A DNA stretch of 64,000 bases from Hyaloraphidium curvatum SAG 235-1 (taxonomy: Eukaryota; Fungi; Monoblepharomycota), in contig JAIVFI010000046.1 of assembly GCA_025558095.1 (NCBI GenBank), forward strand, positions 62,001 through 126,000, read 5' to 3'. Below are positions 12,033-23,178 of the stretch, one piece after another (positions within the stretch are counted from its first letter, which is position 1; every line of letters starts with the position of its first letter). The position numbers and the translations under genes are program-made. The notes under the pieces were generated by a model that saw nothing but the letters and a program-made list of their open reading frames with translations, was not told the origin of the DNA and ran no database searches.

Positions 12033-12659
12033 ATGCCCCCCCGCCCACCGCTCCGCAACCTCTCTGATGCCCTCTGCGCCACCTGCGGTCGCAACCTCCC
12101 CCTCAAACCCGCTCCCGCCGCGACGCCGATGAAGTACTGCTCGGCAAAGTGCCGCTCCCGCAAACCCGGGGAGCTGGACGCGCTGATCGAGGGTGCGATG
12201 CTGCACATGGCCAGGGAGAGGGAGGCGGCATACAGGACGGGACGGGCGGGTAGGAAGGGCGCGGGAGTGACGTGCGAGGAGGTGGAGGAGGCGGTGAGGG
12301 GGCTCGTGGGGCCGGTCGCCGCGGACGGGACGGACGGTGCGGGCGAAGGGCTCCAATCAGGTGGAATGCACGACTCCGGACGGTCGGAAGAGGTCAATTC
12401 TGCCCGGAAAACATCGCATGGACGCGCAGAGGGTCTGGACGCCGACGGACGACTGGTCGGAGCCCTCGATCCATCTTCCCCCCCGCCTCGGACCCTTTCC
12501 CTGCCCGTGGACCTCCGCGAGAGGACGCGGCAGGCCGCCAGGCGACTAGCTGGCCGCAACCTCGTCGCGCTCTACGGGAATGGTAGGGAGCTGCCGTCTT
12601 CCGGGGCCGCGGGGGTCATGGAGGTGCGCATCAGGGAAGGGAGGGAGGCCGAAGGGTGA
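12033..12659 (+). CDS. DUF2256-like Cys motif plus DUF3253-like C-terminal domain protein
   Basis: CATCGR...KYCSAKCR at the N-terminus; VTCEEV and LRERTRQAARRLAGRNLV...GVMEVRIR at the C-terminus. Confidence 0.65.
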   Translation: MPPRPPLRNLSDALCATCGRNLPLKPAPAATPMKYCSAKCRSRKPGELDALIEGAMLHMAREREAAYRTGRAGRKGAGVTCEEVEEAVRGLVGPVAADGTDGAGEGLQSGGMHDSGRSEEVNSARKTSHGRAEGLDADGRLVGALDPSSPPPRTLSLPVDLRERTRQAARRLAGRNLVALYGNGRELPSSGAAGVMEVRIREGREAEG

Positions 12660-12956
12660 TTCCGAAGGCTTCGGAACGGGCCTCAGAGGACGAAAAGCAG
12701 CGCGAATGGATACTCTTCAACTGAATCTGGTGTTTTCTGGAGCAGATAGAAGGCAACACAACCGGACAACCATCGCCTGAAGGCTCGCGAACGGATACCA
12801 GGTGACCGAGTCTCTTGACTTCGAAACAGAACATTAAGCTGTAGGACCGCAGGCCAGCTCCGGTGCCTGATAGAATACGCCTCGTTCCTTGAACGAATGA
12901 ACCTCTTGGGCGGGGAAACCGCCGGCTTCGACCTCCCTTGATCGTTTGGGGCCTCC

Positions 12957-13655
12957 TCACATCGGCATCGGCTGGGTGCCCGGGGGGCCCTTCACGACCT
13001 TTGCCATCTGCCCGCACTTCTGGCACTGGACGACGCGGCGGCCCGGGGGGCAGAAGCAGAAGTTCCAGGGGAAGAAAAAGATGCACCAGAGCTGCAGACG
13101 GGAGATCACGAGATCAGTGGCACCAAAGGGGCGCCGAGCCGCGGAATGCTCACGATGTCCATGCCGGCCCACTTGCCGCTCGGGCGCCAGGCGTGCTGGC
13201 AGGCGGCGCCGGGCTGCGACGGGCAGGAAGAGTCAGCGACCTGTGATCCGTGATCACGAGCTGTCAAACGCACCGCGGCGCCCATGGCGCCCATTGCGAC
13301 GGGCTGAGGGGCGTACGCGGGGGCGCTGAAGCCGGCACCGGGCTGGGCGGTGGTCCCATCGGCGTAGGATGGGGCAGCGAAGGTCGTCGGAGGGGCGGCG
13401 GCCGGTGCCGGGGGAGCAGAGTAGACGGGAGCGGCCGCGGCCACCGAAGCGGTCGCGTCGGGGGCCGGAGCGGCATAGGTCGGGGCAGCGTAGCTCGTTA
13501 CCGGCGCGGCGGCCGCCGGAGGAGCAACAGGGGCGGCAGCGGCCGGGGGAGCGCTGTAGGAGGGCGCGGCGTACGTGGTCGTCTCGGCAGCTGCGGACGG
13601 GCCGAGTGAGAAGCGGCCTTCCACCACGAGGGCAGCTCAGCTTACGGGCAGACAT
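12957..13655 (-). CDS. Pro/Ala/Tyr-rich small membrane protein with BRI3/LITAF-like Cys-TM-Cys C-terminus
   Basis: PSY/PTY/PVY-rich N-region, then ACQHAW, WCIFFFPWNFCFC and QCQKCG; several introns. Confidence 0.6.
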
Positions 13656-14224
13656 TGTGACTTCGTTCCTTCAACGACAAAGGGTGTGTGCGTGCCTGCG
13701 GGGTTTTATCTTTGGGGACCGCAGTCGGTCGGACGAGGCGGTGGGACCCTGACCTGAAAGGGGACCTGGCCGACAACCCGACAATCCATCGGGCGTGGCC
13801 GAACCTTCGAAATAATCCACAAGCGTACATATCGCTGCCACGATTGACTGTTTTCGCTGTCCTGGATGCGGTCGCCTAGCCCAATACCAGGGAAGGCGGA
13901 GAGCTGTGCCAACAAGCCGAGGTCCCCTTGAACGAACGAACATCGTACATCAACTTTGCGTTTCAAATTTGTGGTGCGGGGCCATGTACGTGCTTGAAAG
14001 GTCAAGCTGTTCCGACGCGTGTTAACACGCGGTGGGAAGGGCGCCCGGCGCCTCGAGACTCGGGCCGCGCGTGAACCTCCAAATGCTCGGGACTCTCCCC
14101 CGTCTAGAGTTGAGCGGACGGAATCGATGTCCCGATCATGCGAACTGCAACGCGCGCTGAAGGCAGTCCTCCTCGGGCCCCGGACTCGAGAGCCGAACAA
14201 TCGGCGAATCCGGCCGCCCTTGGG

Positions 14225-15460
14225 ATGCGGCTGACGCGTGTAACCCGTGCCTTGCGGGCGATGTTGCCGTTGTTCATCGCGCTCGGTCTCTTTGTCGCTG
14301 GCACTCGTTATGAGGCAACGCGCACGGGCGAACGAACAGGGGTGGCCGTGGAGCAGACGGACTCGCACGCGCCCGCGCCGGACGTCACTCGGATCCACGT
14401 CGTCGTCGTTGCAATCGGAGCGTACTACGCGCGAATGGTCGCGGCGAGCATTCGTTCCATTCTGTTCCACCGGCGCCGGACCTCGCACATCGAGTGGCAC
14501 CTCTTCGTCGACCCCACGGCCGAGGCCTACCTTCGGGCCAACTTCACGCTCCTTGGCGCGCTCCCTCCTTGTGCCAAAGTGAACATGTACCCGAGCGCGC
14601 CGTTGCAGGCCCAGGCTCTCAGTTTCCTGAAGGAAACGGGCCTCGTGGTGGATCACTACGTGGGCAACGACGGCCTCACGCTTGCCTTTGTGCAGGATCA
14701 CGTCCCGCCTCACGTCGACCGGCTCATGCTCCTCGGATCGGACACCTTCTTTGTGGACGACATCGCGCGCCAATGGGACCTGTTCTCCCTCTTCGATTCG
14801 CACACGGTCCTTCGGGATCAGGAAACGCCGAAAGGCCCGCTCACCGAATTCTTCGACGCCCCGCCCCAACCTCCGGATGTAGTACCCGGAAGTGGTCCCA
14901 TTCTGGCCATGGCCCGCTTCCACCCGCCCATTGCTCGGAACTATCGATGGCGAGCCACTTGGCCGGACTTGGTGGTGTCGGGCGGGCACCTGATCGACGT
15001 GCGGAGGGCCAAGAGGTTCAACCTGACCGGCCGCTACGTCGCCGCCGCCCGGTTCTACAAGGAGAAGTTTGGAGTCACAAAGCTGACGGCAGCCGATCAG
15101 ACGCTCGGCAACATGTTTGCGCTGACGCACCCGGACCTCTTTGCCGTCCTGCCGTGTTGGGCACAGGGCCACACTGGCCATCAGCTGGTCGCGGCGGGAA
15201 AGCATTGGTCGCGGTCCGGCTGGTGTCGGGGCGAACCCATCGTCAACATCCACGCGTCGCCGTCACGACAGTTGGACGACCCCCAATCGAGGTACTACAG
15301 CCTGTTCCGGTGGTTCTCGAGATTGGACGACGGCTGGCTCCAGTTCTGCCCCGGTTCCCAAGATCGGCCGATGAAGGACTCTGATTACGCGGCCCAATAC
15401 CACGCAGAGGGGGACAGAATCGCCAAGGACTACATGACGTACAATGTACTTCAGAATTGA
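14225..15460 (+). CDS. Glycosyltransferase family 8-like (xylosyltransferase/LARGE-type), type II membrane protein, intronless
   Basis: N-terminal TM; IHVVVVAIG, SIRSILFHR, WHLFVD, VPPHVDRLMLLGSDTFFVDDIARQWDLF, ADQTLGN, VLPC. Confidence 0.7.
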   Translation: MRLTRVTRALRAMLPLFIALGLFVAGTRYEATRTGERTGVAVEQTDSHAPAPDVTRIHVVVVAIGAYYARMVAASIRSILFHRRRTSHIEWHLFVDPTAEAYLRANFTLLGALPPCAKVNMYPSAPLQAQALSFLKETGLVVDHYVGNDGLTLAFVQDHVPPHVDRLMLLGSDTFFVDDIARQWDLFSLFDSHTVLRDQETPKGPLTEFFDAPPQPPDVVPGSGPILAMARFHPPIARNYRWRATWPDLVVSGGHLIDVRRAKRFNLTGRYVAAARFYKEKFGVTKLTAADQTLGNMFALTHPDLFAVLPCWAQGHTGHQLVAAGKHWSRSGWCRGEPIVNIHASPSRQLDDPQSRYYSLFRWFSRLDDGWLQFCPGSQDRPMKDSDYAAQYHAEGDRIAKDYMTYNVLQN

Positions 15461-15484
15461 TCTTGATCGGGCAAACCGTTTCAT

Positions 15485-16495
15485 TTAAATCCTACGAAGG
15501 AACACCGCTGGGCTTCCCACTACGACGGTCGCGGTCTCGACATCCCTCACGACCGTACTGCCCGCCCCCACCATCGCCCCTTCCCCTATCGTCATTCCTG
15601 GGAGAATAGTGCAGTTGGCCCCCAAGCTCGCCCCGCGGCGGACCCGGATCGGAACAGGGGCCTTGTGGGCCCCGCTCCGCGGAAACGGATCGTTGCAGAA
15701 GCACGTTCCGGTGGCGACAAAGACGCCGTCCTCGAGCGTGGTGCCCTCGTAGACCGCGACGCCGTTCTTGACCGTGCAGTTGTCCCCGACGATCGCGCCG
15801 CTTTCGATGAAGGCTCCCTCGCCGATATTGCAGTTGTCGCCAACAATCGCGCCCCTTTGTATATGTGCGTTGGCCCAGACGCGGGTACCGGCACCGACTT
15901 TGGCTCCGGGGTCGACTATAGCTCTTTCGTGAATGAAACAAGCTAGGGCTCCGCCGGGTTTGTCGCCCGGTTCGGTCGGAGAAGTCGCGGCGGTAGGAGT
16001 GGAGTGGCTGCCCTTGTCGAGCGTGGCACGTCCGTCGGTGATGGCAAGCGGTAACGCCTCCATCGGCGGGCGCTCCTTTGTAGCCTCCCGCAAGAAGGCA
16101 TCATAGTCGCACACTTGGTCGGCCTCCTCGAGCGAGCATAGGCCGAGGACCACGGCGCCCGGCGCCGTCTCCAGCTCGATCCAAACAAGAGGCCCGATCT
16201 CCACGCACTGGCCGCCCGCGACCGAGTTTAGTTCCACAATCTCCTTTCTTGTGCCGTCGTCGAGATGGAGGCGACAGGAACCGGCGAGACACTGCAAGAG
16301 AGTCCGGCTCTCCCGGGCGGCGTGCCCACCCCTCTCTCCTGTCCGTATTTCGAGGCCCGTGACCACGAAATGTCGCTTCGGACTGAACGGCAGAGGCGCA
16401 AAGCTGGCAAAGCCAAGCGTCTCGCGGCAGCCGTCGGTGCGATGAAGGTTCCAGCGGCGCCACTCGGGCCGATCCCGCATCGCCGCGGCCGGCAT
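15485..16495 (-). CDS. Bifunctional FdtA/QdtA-type sugar 3,4-ketoisomerase (cupin) + hexapeptide-repeat N-acetyltransferase (FdtD/WxcM-like), intronless
   Basis: PFSPKRHF...ERGGHA...CLAGSCRLHLDDG...IGPLVW...VCDYDAFL (cupin); IHERAIVDPGAKVGAGTRVW...GDNCNIG...FCNDPFPRS...GASLGANCTILPGMTIGEGAMVGAGS (left-handed beta-helix). Confidence 0.85.
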   Translation of the reverse strand: MPAAAMRDRPEWRRWNLHRTDGCRETLGFASFAPLPFSPKRHFVVTGLEIRTGERGGHAARESRTLLQCLAGSCRLHLDDGTRKEIVELNSVAGGQCVEIGPLVWIELETAPGAVVLGLCSLEEADQVCDYDAFLREATKERPPMEALPLAITDGRATLDKGSHSTPTAATSPTEPGDKPGGALACFIHERAIVDPGAKVGAGTRVWANAHIQRGAIVGDNCNIGEGAFIESGAIVGDNCTVKNGVAVYEGTTLEDGVFVATGTCFCNDPFPRSGAHKAPVPIRVRRGASLGANCTILPGMTIGEGAMVGAGSTVVRDVETATVVVGSPAVFLRRI

Positions 16496-16748
16496 CGCGG
16501 GCCGTCTGGGGCCGTCCTCCTCGTCCGCCTGCTCGTCGCACACGCGGCAGGATGGGTGGATCACTGCTGACTTCAGAACGCCGGCACAGTTCGGCCTTCA
16601 AGAAGCGTCCCTTACTCAGGAATAAACAGGACGCGTACGCGGGACCGAAGGGACCAGCCAGACGCTGTGGCCAATCACATCGCGAAACGGGTAGCTCGCA
16701 TAGGGTATCTCTCCTAGATTGCCAAAGGACATACGCGAGGTCGAGCAA

Positions 16749-18670
16749 TCAAAACTGTTGTGGGGCTGGGTCAGCGCATACGTGTGAGAAGTGAGGAAGG
16801 CGACCTACCCGGATCTGGTACGTCCCCGCCTGCGGCACGGCCTCACCAATCAGCATCGACTCGGCCCCAGCGACACCTCCACCACCCACCTTGGTCATGT
16901 ACCTGACCCACTTGACGCTCTGGTAGTTGCTCTTCTCGAACACCTTGAGGAACCTCACCACGAGCCCCGACGCCGTGAACATTAGCACCTGGAAGTCCAT
17001 GCTGATCGGCGGCCGCGACCAGGCGCTCGCGGACCGGCCCGAGGTGGTCGGGTGGAGGGTGCAGTCGAGGGAGAGGGTGAGCTCAGTCTGGCCCTGGAAC
17101 TTGGCGATCCTGGCGGCGTTTGGGTGAGCAGGCCCGGCGGAATGGCCCGCAGGAGACCCACTTCCAAATCACCGCGTTCTCGGCGCCGACGTACTTGGCC
17201 TTGCCGCCGGTGGCGTTGATCTTGACCGCGCTGGTCGTCGGCGGCGTCGGCACGCGCACGACCACGTTCTGCGCGTGGACTTTGGAGGAGAACTGCGAGC
17301 GCACCGCGATGCGGTACTCGGCCCGCTGTTGTGAAGGGAGGGAGAAGGTGGGGGATAGGCGGAAGGGGAGGTTGATGGCCTCGGTGGAGCGGTACCTGTC
17401 CGGCACGCGTCGGTCACCCGTCGGCAACCCCACGAGCGAGGTACGCACTTCATGAGCTCAAACTCCCCGTCGGGCGGGACGAACCCGATCGTCCTGTCCG
17501 AATCGAACCTCCCAAGCCGGACGCACTGGTGGAACTGCACGTCGTCCAGCAGCACCGTCCCGTCGTCCTTCCTGTGCTGCCCGCTGGCGTCTACCACGCG
17601 ATCGTTCATGCCGAACTTGCACTCGGGCATGCCCGTGAGGTACGCCCGCACGATGACCTGGCCCGAGACGTCGGCCCGGAGGGTGCCGCCTGACACGGAG
17701 CCCAGGTAGTTGACGCTCTCCACGACGTCGACAAAGGCCTCGTTCTTGCGGTATTTAATGTCGGGACGGCGCCAGGCAATGGCGCCGGTGGCCTGGATCG
17801 AGACCTTGGTGGCCTCGGCGGAGGAAGGGGCGTCCAAAGAGCGGGTGGGGAGGGGAGCAGAGGTGATAAAGAGCTTAAGGGTGGAAGAGTCGGTGGTTTG
17901 CGGGTAGCCGGCGTCGAGAATCTCTGGAAACGGGCGAAAAAGGCCGTATCAGCAAGAGTTGGCCGGGCCCGAGTGCTCCAGAGCCGCTGAACGAAGCAGG
18001 CCTCCGAACCCGGCAACTGCGGCCCCCGGCCACCCGCATGCCATTTTGTCGAGGTGCCAAATGATCCTTCAGGCAAATGAAGGAAGGAAACAGGGTCCTT
18101 CCCCACGAATGCAGCAGCAAGCGCGTCGCGACGCGTTCCCGCCCAATTCGGGTTCCCGCTCCCGAACGGCACCCGTCGCCGCCAGCTGCTGGCCAAACAA
18201 TGCCGGCCACGTAGAAAACGAAGCAGCCGACGTCCCGTCCCGCCCCTCGAAGCCCGCAAACACCGTGGCGGTCGGCCCACCCACCGTCGAGCAGCTCGTA
18301 AACCAGCACAAAGTTGCCCTTGATTTCCTCCTCGCCGAAGCGGCCAAAATACTCGCGGCCGACGCGGCATATCCGCGTCAGGACCTCGAACACCAGCGCG
18401 GCGTTGACGTTGAGCTTGGACACCGCGACCAGGTACACGTTCTCGTGCCGGATGTGGAAGAACGTCGTCGAGCCCAGCGTCAGGATCGGCGGCGGCGTCG
18501 ACAGCGGCGACGCGATGGTGTGCACACGGAAGAGGTCGGCGACGGAGCGCCTTCGCGGGGGTCAGCGGGGCGGCCGGCGCGCGGCGGAGTGCCCACTTGA
18601 CGTCGTTCCGGAAGAGCCGCGAGATGAGCACCTCGCCCTTCAGGCTCATGATAATGATGGCAGACAGCAT
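16749..18670 (-). CDS. APM4: AP-2 adaptor complex mu subunit
   Basis: KGEVLISRLFR, LGSTTFFHIRHEN, WRRPDIKYRKNEAFVDVVE, DVQFHQCVRL, FVPPDGEFELM, FTASGLVVRFLKVFEKSNY. Confidence 0.93.
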
Positions 18671-18936
18671 GGCGGCGGCCGCCGCGGCGCGCCGCGGGGG
18701 GCGGCGGAGAGCGCGGGGACGGGGTTGAGGTGAGCGGAGCGCGGCCGCGAGGCCGCAGTTGAGGAGACCGCCCTGCCAGGGTCAACAGACCGCGCGCCCT
18801 TCGAGGCCGGAACGCATCATGGGGAACTCGAATGAGCTGTTGGTGTAGGTTTTTTGATTGGAGACCGGGACAATGATGGATTCAACCTCCATCCAGATCG
18901 TCGAGGTCTGCCGTGGCCGACACGAGGAGAACTCCA

Positions 18937-19147
18937 CCCAGCTCCACCTAGCCAATGGGACGGGAATATGATCCATCCACGCGTCTCGGGTGCGCAGGGA
19001 ACAGCTGCGTGCAGTCCTTGCCTGTTGGCTCGTTATGTTGGTGCACGACGGGCCCCCACGGTCCCGCCGGCGTCCAAGCTCCACAGCGACCCGGCGACGC
19101 CGGCGCAACCCCTCACAACGTGCGTTTCGCTCCTTAAACAGTTGGTT
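18937..19147 (+). repeat. ~210-bp inverted repeat, left copy
   Basis: Reverse complement of 35227-35439 with few mismatches (e.g. CCCAGCTCCACCTAGCCAATGGGACGGGAATATGATCCATCCACGCGTCTCGGG). Confidence 0.95.
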
Positions 19148-19318
19148 TGAGCAAATGACCATACGATTCGACGTCCATAGGTCTAATGTACAGCATACGT
19201 CATTCTCTACAATCTAGCCTCGGAGCCATGAATAGCAAGTCAGCAAATCAGTGGCAACCACGTTTCGAGCAATACGCGAGCCAACGCCGATGTGCGTAAG
19301 CTAATGCTGTCGATAATA

Positions 19319-22300
19319 TCACGCGAGCCTGTACGAGGCGTCCAGGAGCGGGTTCCGTCCTCCAAGGGTCGCGCGGAGCTCGTCGGCGTCGTTGTGCCAG
19401 ACGCGGTGCAGCTCCAGGCGGATATCCCATGGCAGATCCCAAAAGCCGCCGAGCAGACCGATCTTGTCCATGTAAGGCCGGTCCGGGTGGGCGTTGGTGT
19501 TGCACTGCCGGTACTTCATGTCCTTGCCGTAGGCGACATGGCGACACAGCGCGTCGCGGCAAAGATACCGCACGAGGATGTCGTTGTCTCCAATAACCTT
19601 GGCGATGGTACGGATAGCCTGGTCCGCGCGCAGCTGGGTGTTTCTGGTCGGGGGCTGGAGGCGCATGGTCAGGCGCCGCGGAGGGCAAAGAATGACGGCC
19701 GGCTCCCACCTCCTCGTCATCATAGGTCGCCAGGCGCTCCGCACCACCCGAACGGCCGTCTCCGAAGCGCGTCGAAGGCCTGCCAGGCTCTCGGAAGCGA
19801 TGCACGACGTAATCCCGGGCGGCGTCCCTGCGGTACTTGTCCACCTCGCGGCGCTCCTCGACCGCCGTCCCGGGAGGCATCGAGGGCACAAGCAGCTTAC
19901 GATCCGCGAGAAGACGGAGCAGCACGGCGATCTCGGGGTCCTCGGCCGCGAGCTGCTGCTCGCTGGCGTACACCTCACCGATCGTGACGAAGGCGAGCTC
20001 CCTGACGGTGGAAGTGTCCAGCTCCAGGTACCCGGGGACGTCGTGGCCGAAGAAGCAGTGGTGGAAGTCCGGCTCGACTTCAGCTCCCCCAGCGGCGTTG
20101 CACAGGTGTCCGTAGAAGGCCTGGTTGTTGCTCAACCACGTCTTCGAACAGCGCGTGCAGTGGCAGTATCGAAAGTCAATATCGTCGGGCTTCACGACCT
20201 TGTAGGCACCAGGCTTGATGACGGCCTTCAGCTTGCGGATCGCCCAGCGCGCGACCTCCGACGGAGCGCCCTGGATCGCGGTCTCGCCGAGTGCCTTCCG
20301 CTTGCCCAGCGTCTCCTCGTAGCTCGGAGCTGAAATCCGCGCGAGGCCGTTGGCCACTCGGCGGTACTCGGACCCTTCCCGCGCCTCTGCGACGAACTTG
20401 TTGAATGCAGGTCCGAGGACGTCCACGTGGCGGCCCTCCGCGTCCCTCGGCGCCGGGAACCACGCAGGGTGTTGATCGTGCCCACCCTGCTCGCGGAAGT
20501 GCTGTCCCGTGGCGACGAAAATGGAACGCAGCGTGTCCACATCGAGCTGCCTCGTTGCAGTCGGCCCGGCCTCAACGGGCATGATGAGCGCGCGGGAGGT
20601 GTCCACGCCCGGCAGCACCACATGTTGCGAGGCGTACACGGTGGGATCAAACACATCCGAGACGTTGGCATGGAAGGGCACGTTGTTCTGAGGCGGCGGA
20701 GGGGGAGCCGGCGTGGGCGGGCGGTTGGTAATGCGGCCGATGAGGAGCTGGACGTCGGGCCAGCGGCGCTTCGTGAAGGGCAGAGCGGCAGCTTCTTGAG
20801 CGCAGAGACGCCTTGCCGAAAGAACGGCCGCATAGCGGCGCTGGATCATGTCCTTGATGACGTCGATGGCCATCAGCAGGTCCGCGTTGCCCGGGTTCGC
20901 GAGAAAGCGATCTCGGCACCAGAGGAGACACTTGTAGACGTCATCTCCGTCCGCACTGTTGAGTAGCTCGCGGACCTGGCCCTAGCGAATAGGGCACCAA
21001 TGAGATTGCCAACCAAGAAGTCGGCAAGACGTCGACGACCCACCTCCGGAAGAGCGAGCTCCTGCGCCATGAAGCGCTCGAAGGCCTTGAACAGCGCGAC
21101 GCAGAGGACGAAGAAGGTGACGACGAGCCGGGCGAAGATGGGGTCGTGCTGGGGTAGGCCAGGGTGCTGTGCGCCGACGTGAGCCGTCCAAGCCGTCGGC
21201 AAGACACCATTCTTGCAGATTGTGAGCTTGCCCGCGGCGTCGATCGTACTGAGCTGCGCCATGAACCGATGAACGCTTCTGCGATCCGTGATGCGCTCTT
21301 CCAAGAGCAGATCGAGATTCTCGCCGAGCACCCCGTTCACGTGGGTCCCAACCGGAAGATGACCCATCGAAAAAGTGGTCACCGCGCGCATGGCGGCCCG
21401 CAAGCGCTGGAAGAAGACGATCACTATGATGATCAAAACCCACTGTCCGTCGATGCAGATCAGAATGAGGATAATGTCGACGAAGGGCTTCAGCTTCCTC
21501 TTGAGAGCTGTCCAGCGCTCCCGACCAGTCCCGACTTCGATCCTGTCCTCGCCGACGAAGCTCCTCCGAGCCAGCCGCGGACCGGGTCCTTCAAACGTAG
21601 CGAAGAAGGGCCACGAGTGCGCCAAGGCCCGAGCAGTCACGTCCTTGCCGTCAATCTCCGACAGAACGCGGCCTCCGACGACGTTGATGTGCTCCGTCAG
21701 CTGGAGGCGATACGAGTCGACCGTCTCGACCGGAACGCCGCGCGCGAGCTCTTTAAAGTGCCCATAGAAGCCCTTGCCGTTCGGGCCAAAGACCGCGTTG
21801 ATCTTGTCGATGGTCTCGCTTTCACGCGTTGATCCTCGGCCGTGGGCTCGTACGGCGGCAGATCGGGCTCCGCGAACCGCCGAAAAAGCTCGTGTGCATC
21901 GGGCAGGGGACGCTACGGGTTCAAAAAGCCGCCCAACGCCGAGTTGTGCGAGTCGAAGCGCTGCAGCGAGATGAGGTTCCGCTCGAGAAAGCCGTAGAAA
22001 GGGTGGCGGAGGAAGAACGCGGGGTCCGTCGCAGCCTCGGGCGGGAGCTCGAGCACAATCAAGGGCCTTGCTCTCCAGCCGTGGTTCTGCGCGTAGCTGT
22101 CGACAGCATCCCAGGACTGGAGGAGCGCCTCCTCTGTTGTCTGCTCGTCGTCGCTGACGCCGTCTTCCTCATCCCCAAAAGCATCCATCTCCATCTGAGC
22201 GGCTCGCTCCGCAGCTGCACGCGTCTCGTTGACGAAGCGGACGGCAACGTTGCCGTCAATGTCTTTCGTGTACCGGTCCACGGGGGTCACGGCATTCTGG

Positions 22301-23178
22301 ATGACCACGCCCGCGTAGCGCCGACTGTAGGTCTTCGCCCCCAGCGCGCCGGCCTCTGCGATGGACGCAAGGCTGGAGACACCGAAGCCCGCGTCGCCGA
22401 GGAACCTCGACGCGTAGAACTTGTAATCCAGCTCCGCCTCGCCGATGTCCTGGTCCTTGGCCCGCACGTAGAGCATGATCCTCGGCTTGCCCTGGTCGAG
22501 CCTGGGGAAGGGGCGTGGATCCGATCAGCCGGGCAGCCAGCAAGGCCAGAGGGAGGTGGCTCACTGGACGGAATCGGTATCGTCGGTGAACGAGAAGCTC
22601 CAGATCGCGTTCACGTCCTCGATGTCGGGGGTCTGTTCCGTGAGCGCAACGGGCAACGAAAAGCTAGATCCAGACCACGTCCCGCCGGCAGGAGCTTCGA
22701 ATTCGGCGGGCGAAGCGCGCGACAGAAACGGGTGCGCGTGATCCTCGCGCAACCTTCCCACGAGCACGGGCAGCTTGTCGAACCAATCGGCGGCGTGCAC
22801 AGGGTCGATGAGCTGACGAATAAGAGGGTAGAGCATGGCGGGCTGGCAGAACGGGTCGAGCGAAGCGTCCGAGACGGGGATGAGCCCGCGGTGCTCGTCC
22901 CACGCCGCGATGAAGGATCGCAGGGCGTCCGCTCGTTCGCCGTGAGTCGTGGAGCTCCTCAGCCTCTCCCGCAGCTCATGGAGCAGCTCCTTGTGCTTCT
23001 CGCGCTGCTCCAATCTCTCGTCCACCAGCGGCACCATGGCCTCGACCGCCACCGCGAGCTTCGCGGGACGCTCGTCCACGGTCCGTTGCCGCTTGGCCTC
23101 GTTGGCCCGCTCCCTGCACTCCTCCTTCCTCTTCTTCTGCTGATCCACGCCCTCGTTGAAGACGTCCGCCACGGCCAT
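19319..23178 (-). pseudogene. Large (~1200 codon) gene of unknown family, broken by an in-frame stop and frameshifts
   Basis: Consecutive minus-strand coding-like segments; in-frame TAG at 21913 with the frame continuing (RPLPDAHELF); frame changes near 21830, 20975 and 19780; Cys/His motif YCHCTRC...HLC. Confidence 0.55.

Noticed and set aside
14225-16495. Bacterial contamination or chimeric contig
   Set aside because: The flanking genes are intron-containing eukaryotic genes and the GT8 has a eukaryotic type II anchor; read-level confirmation is still advisable.
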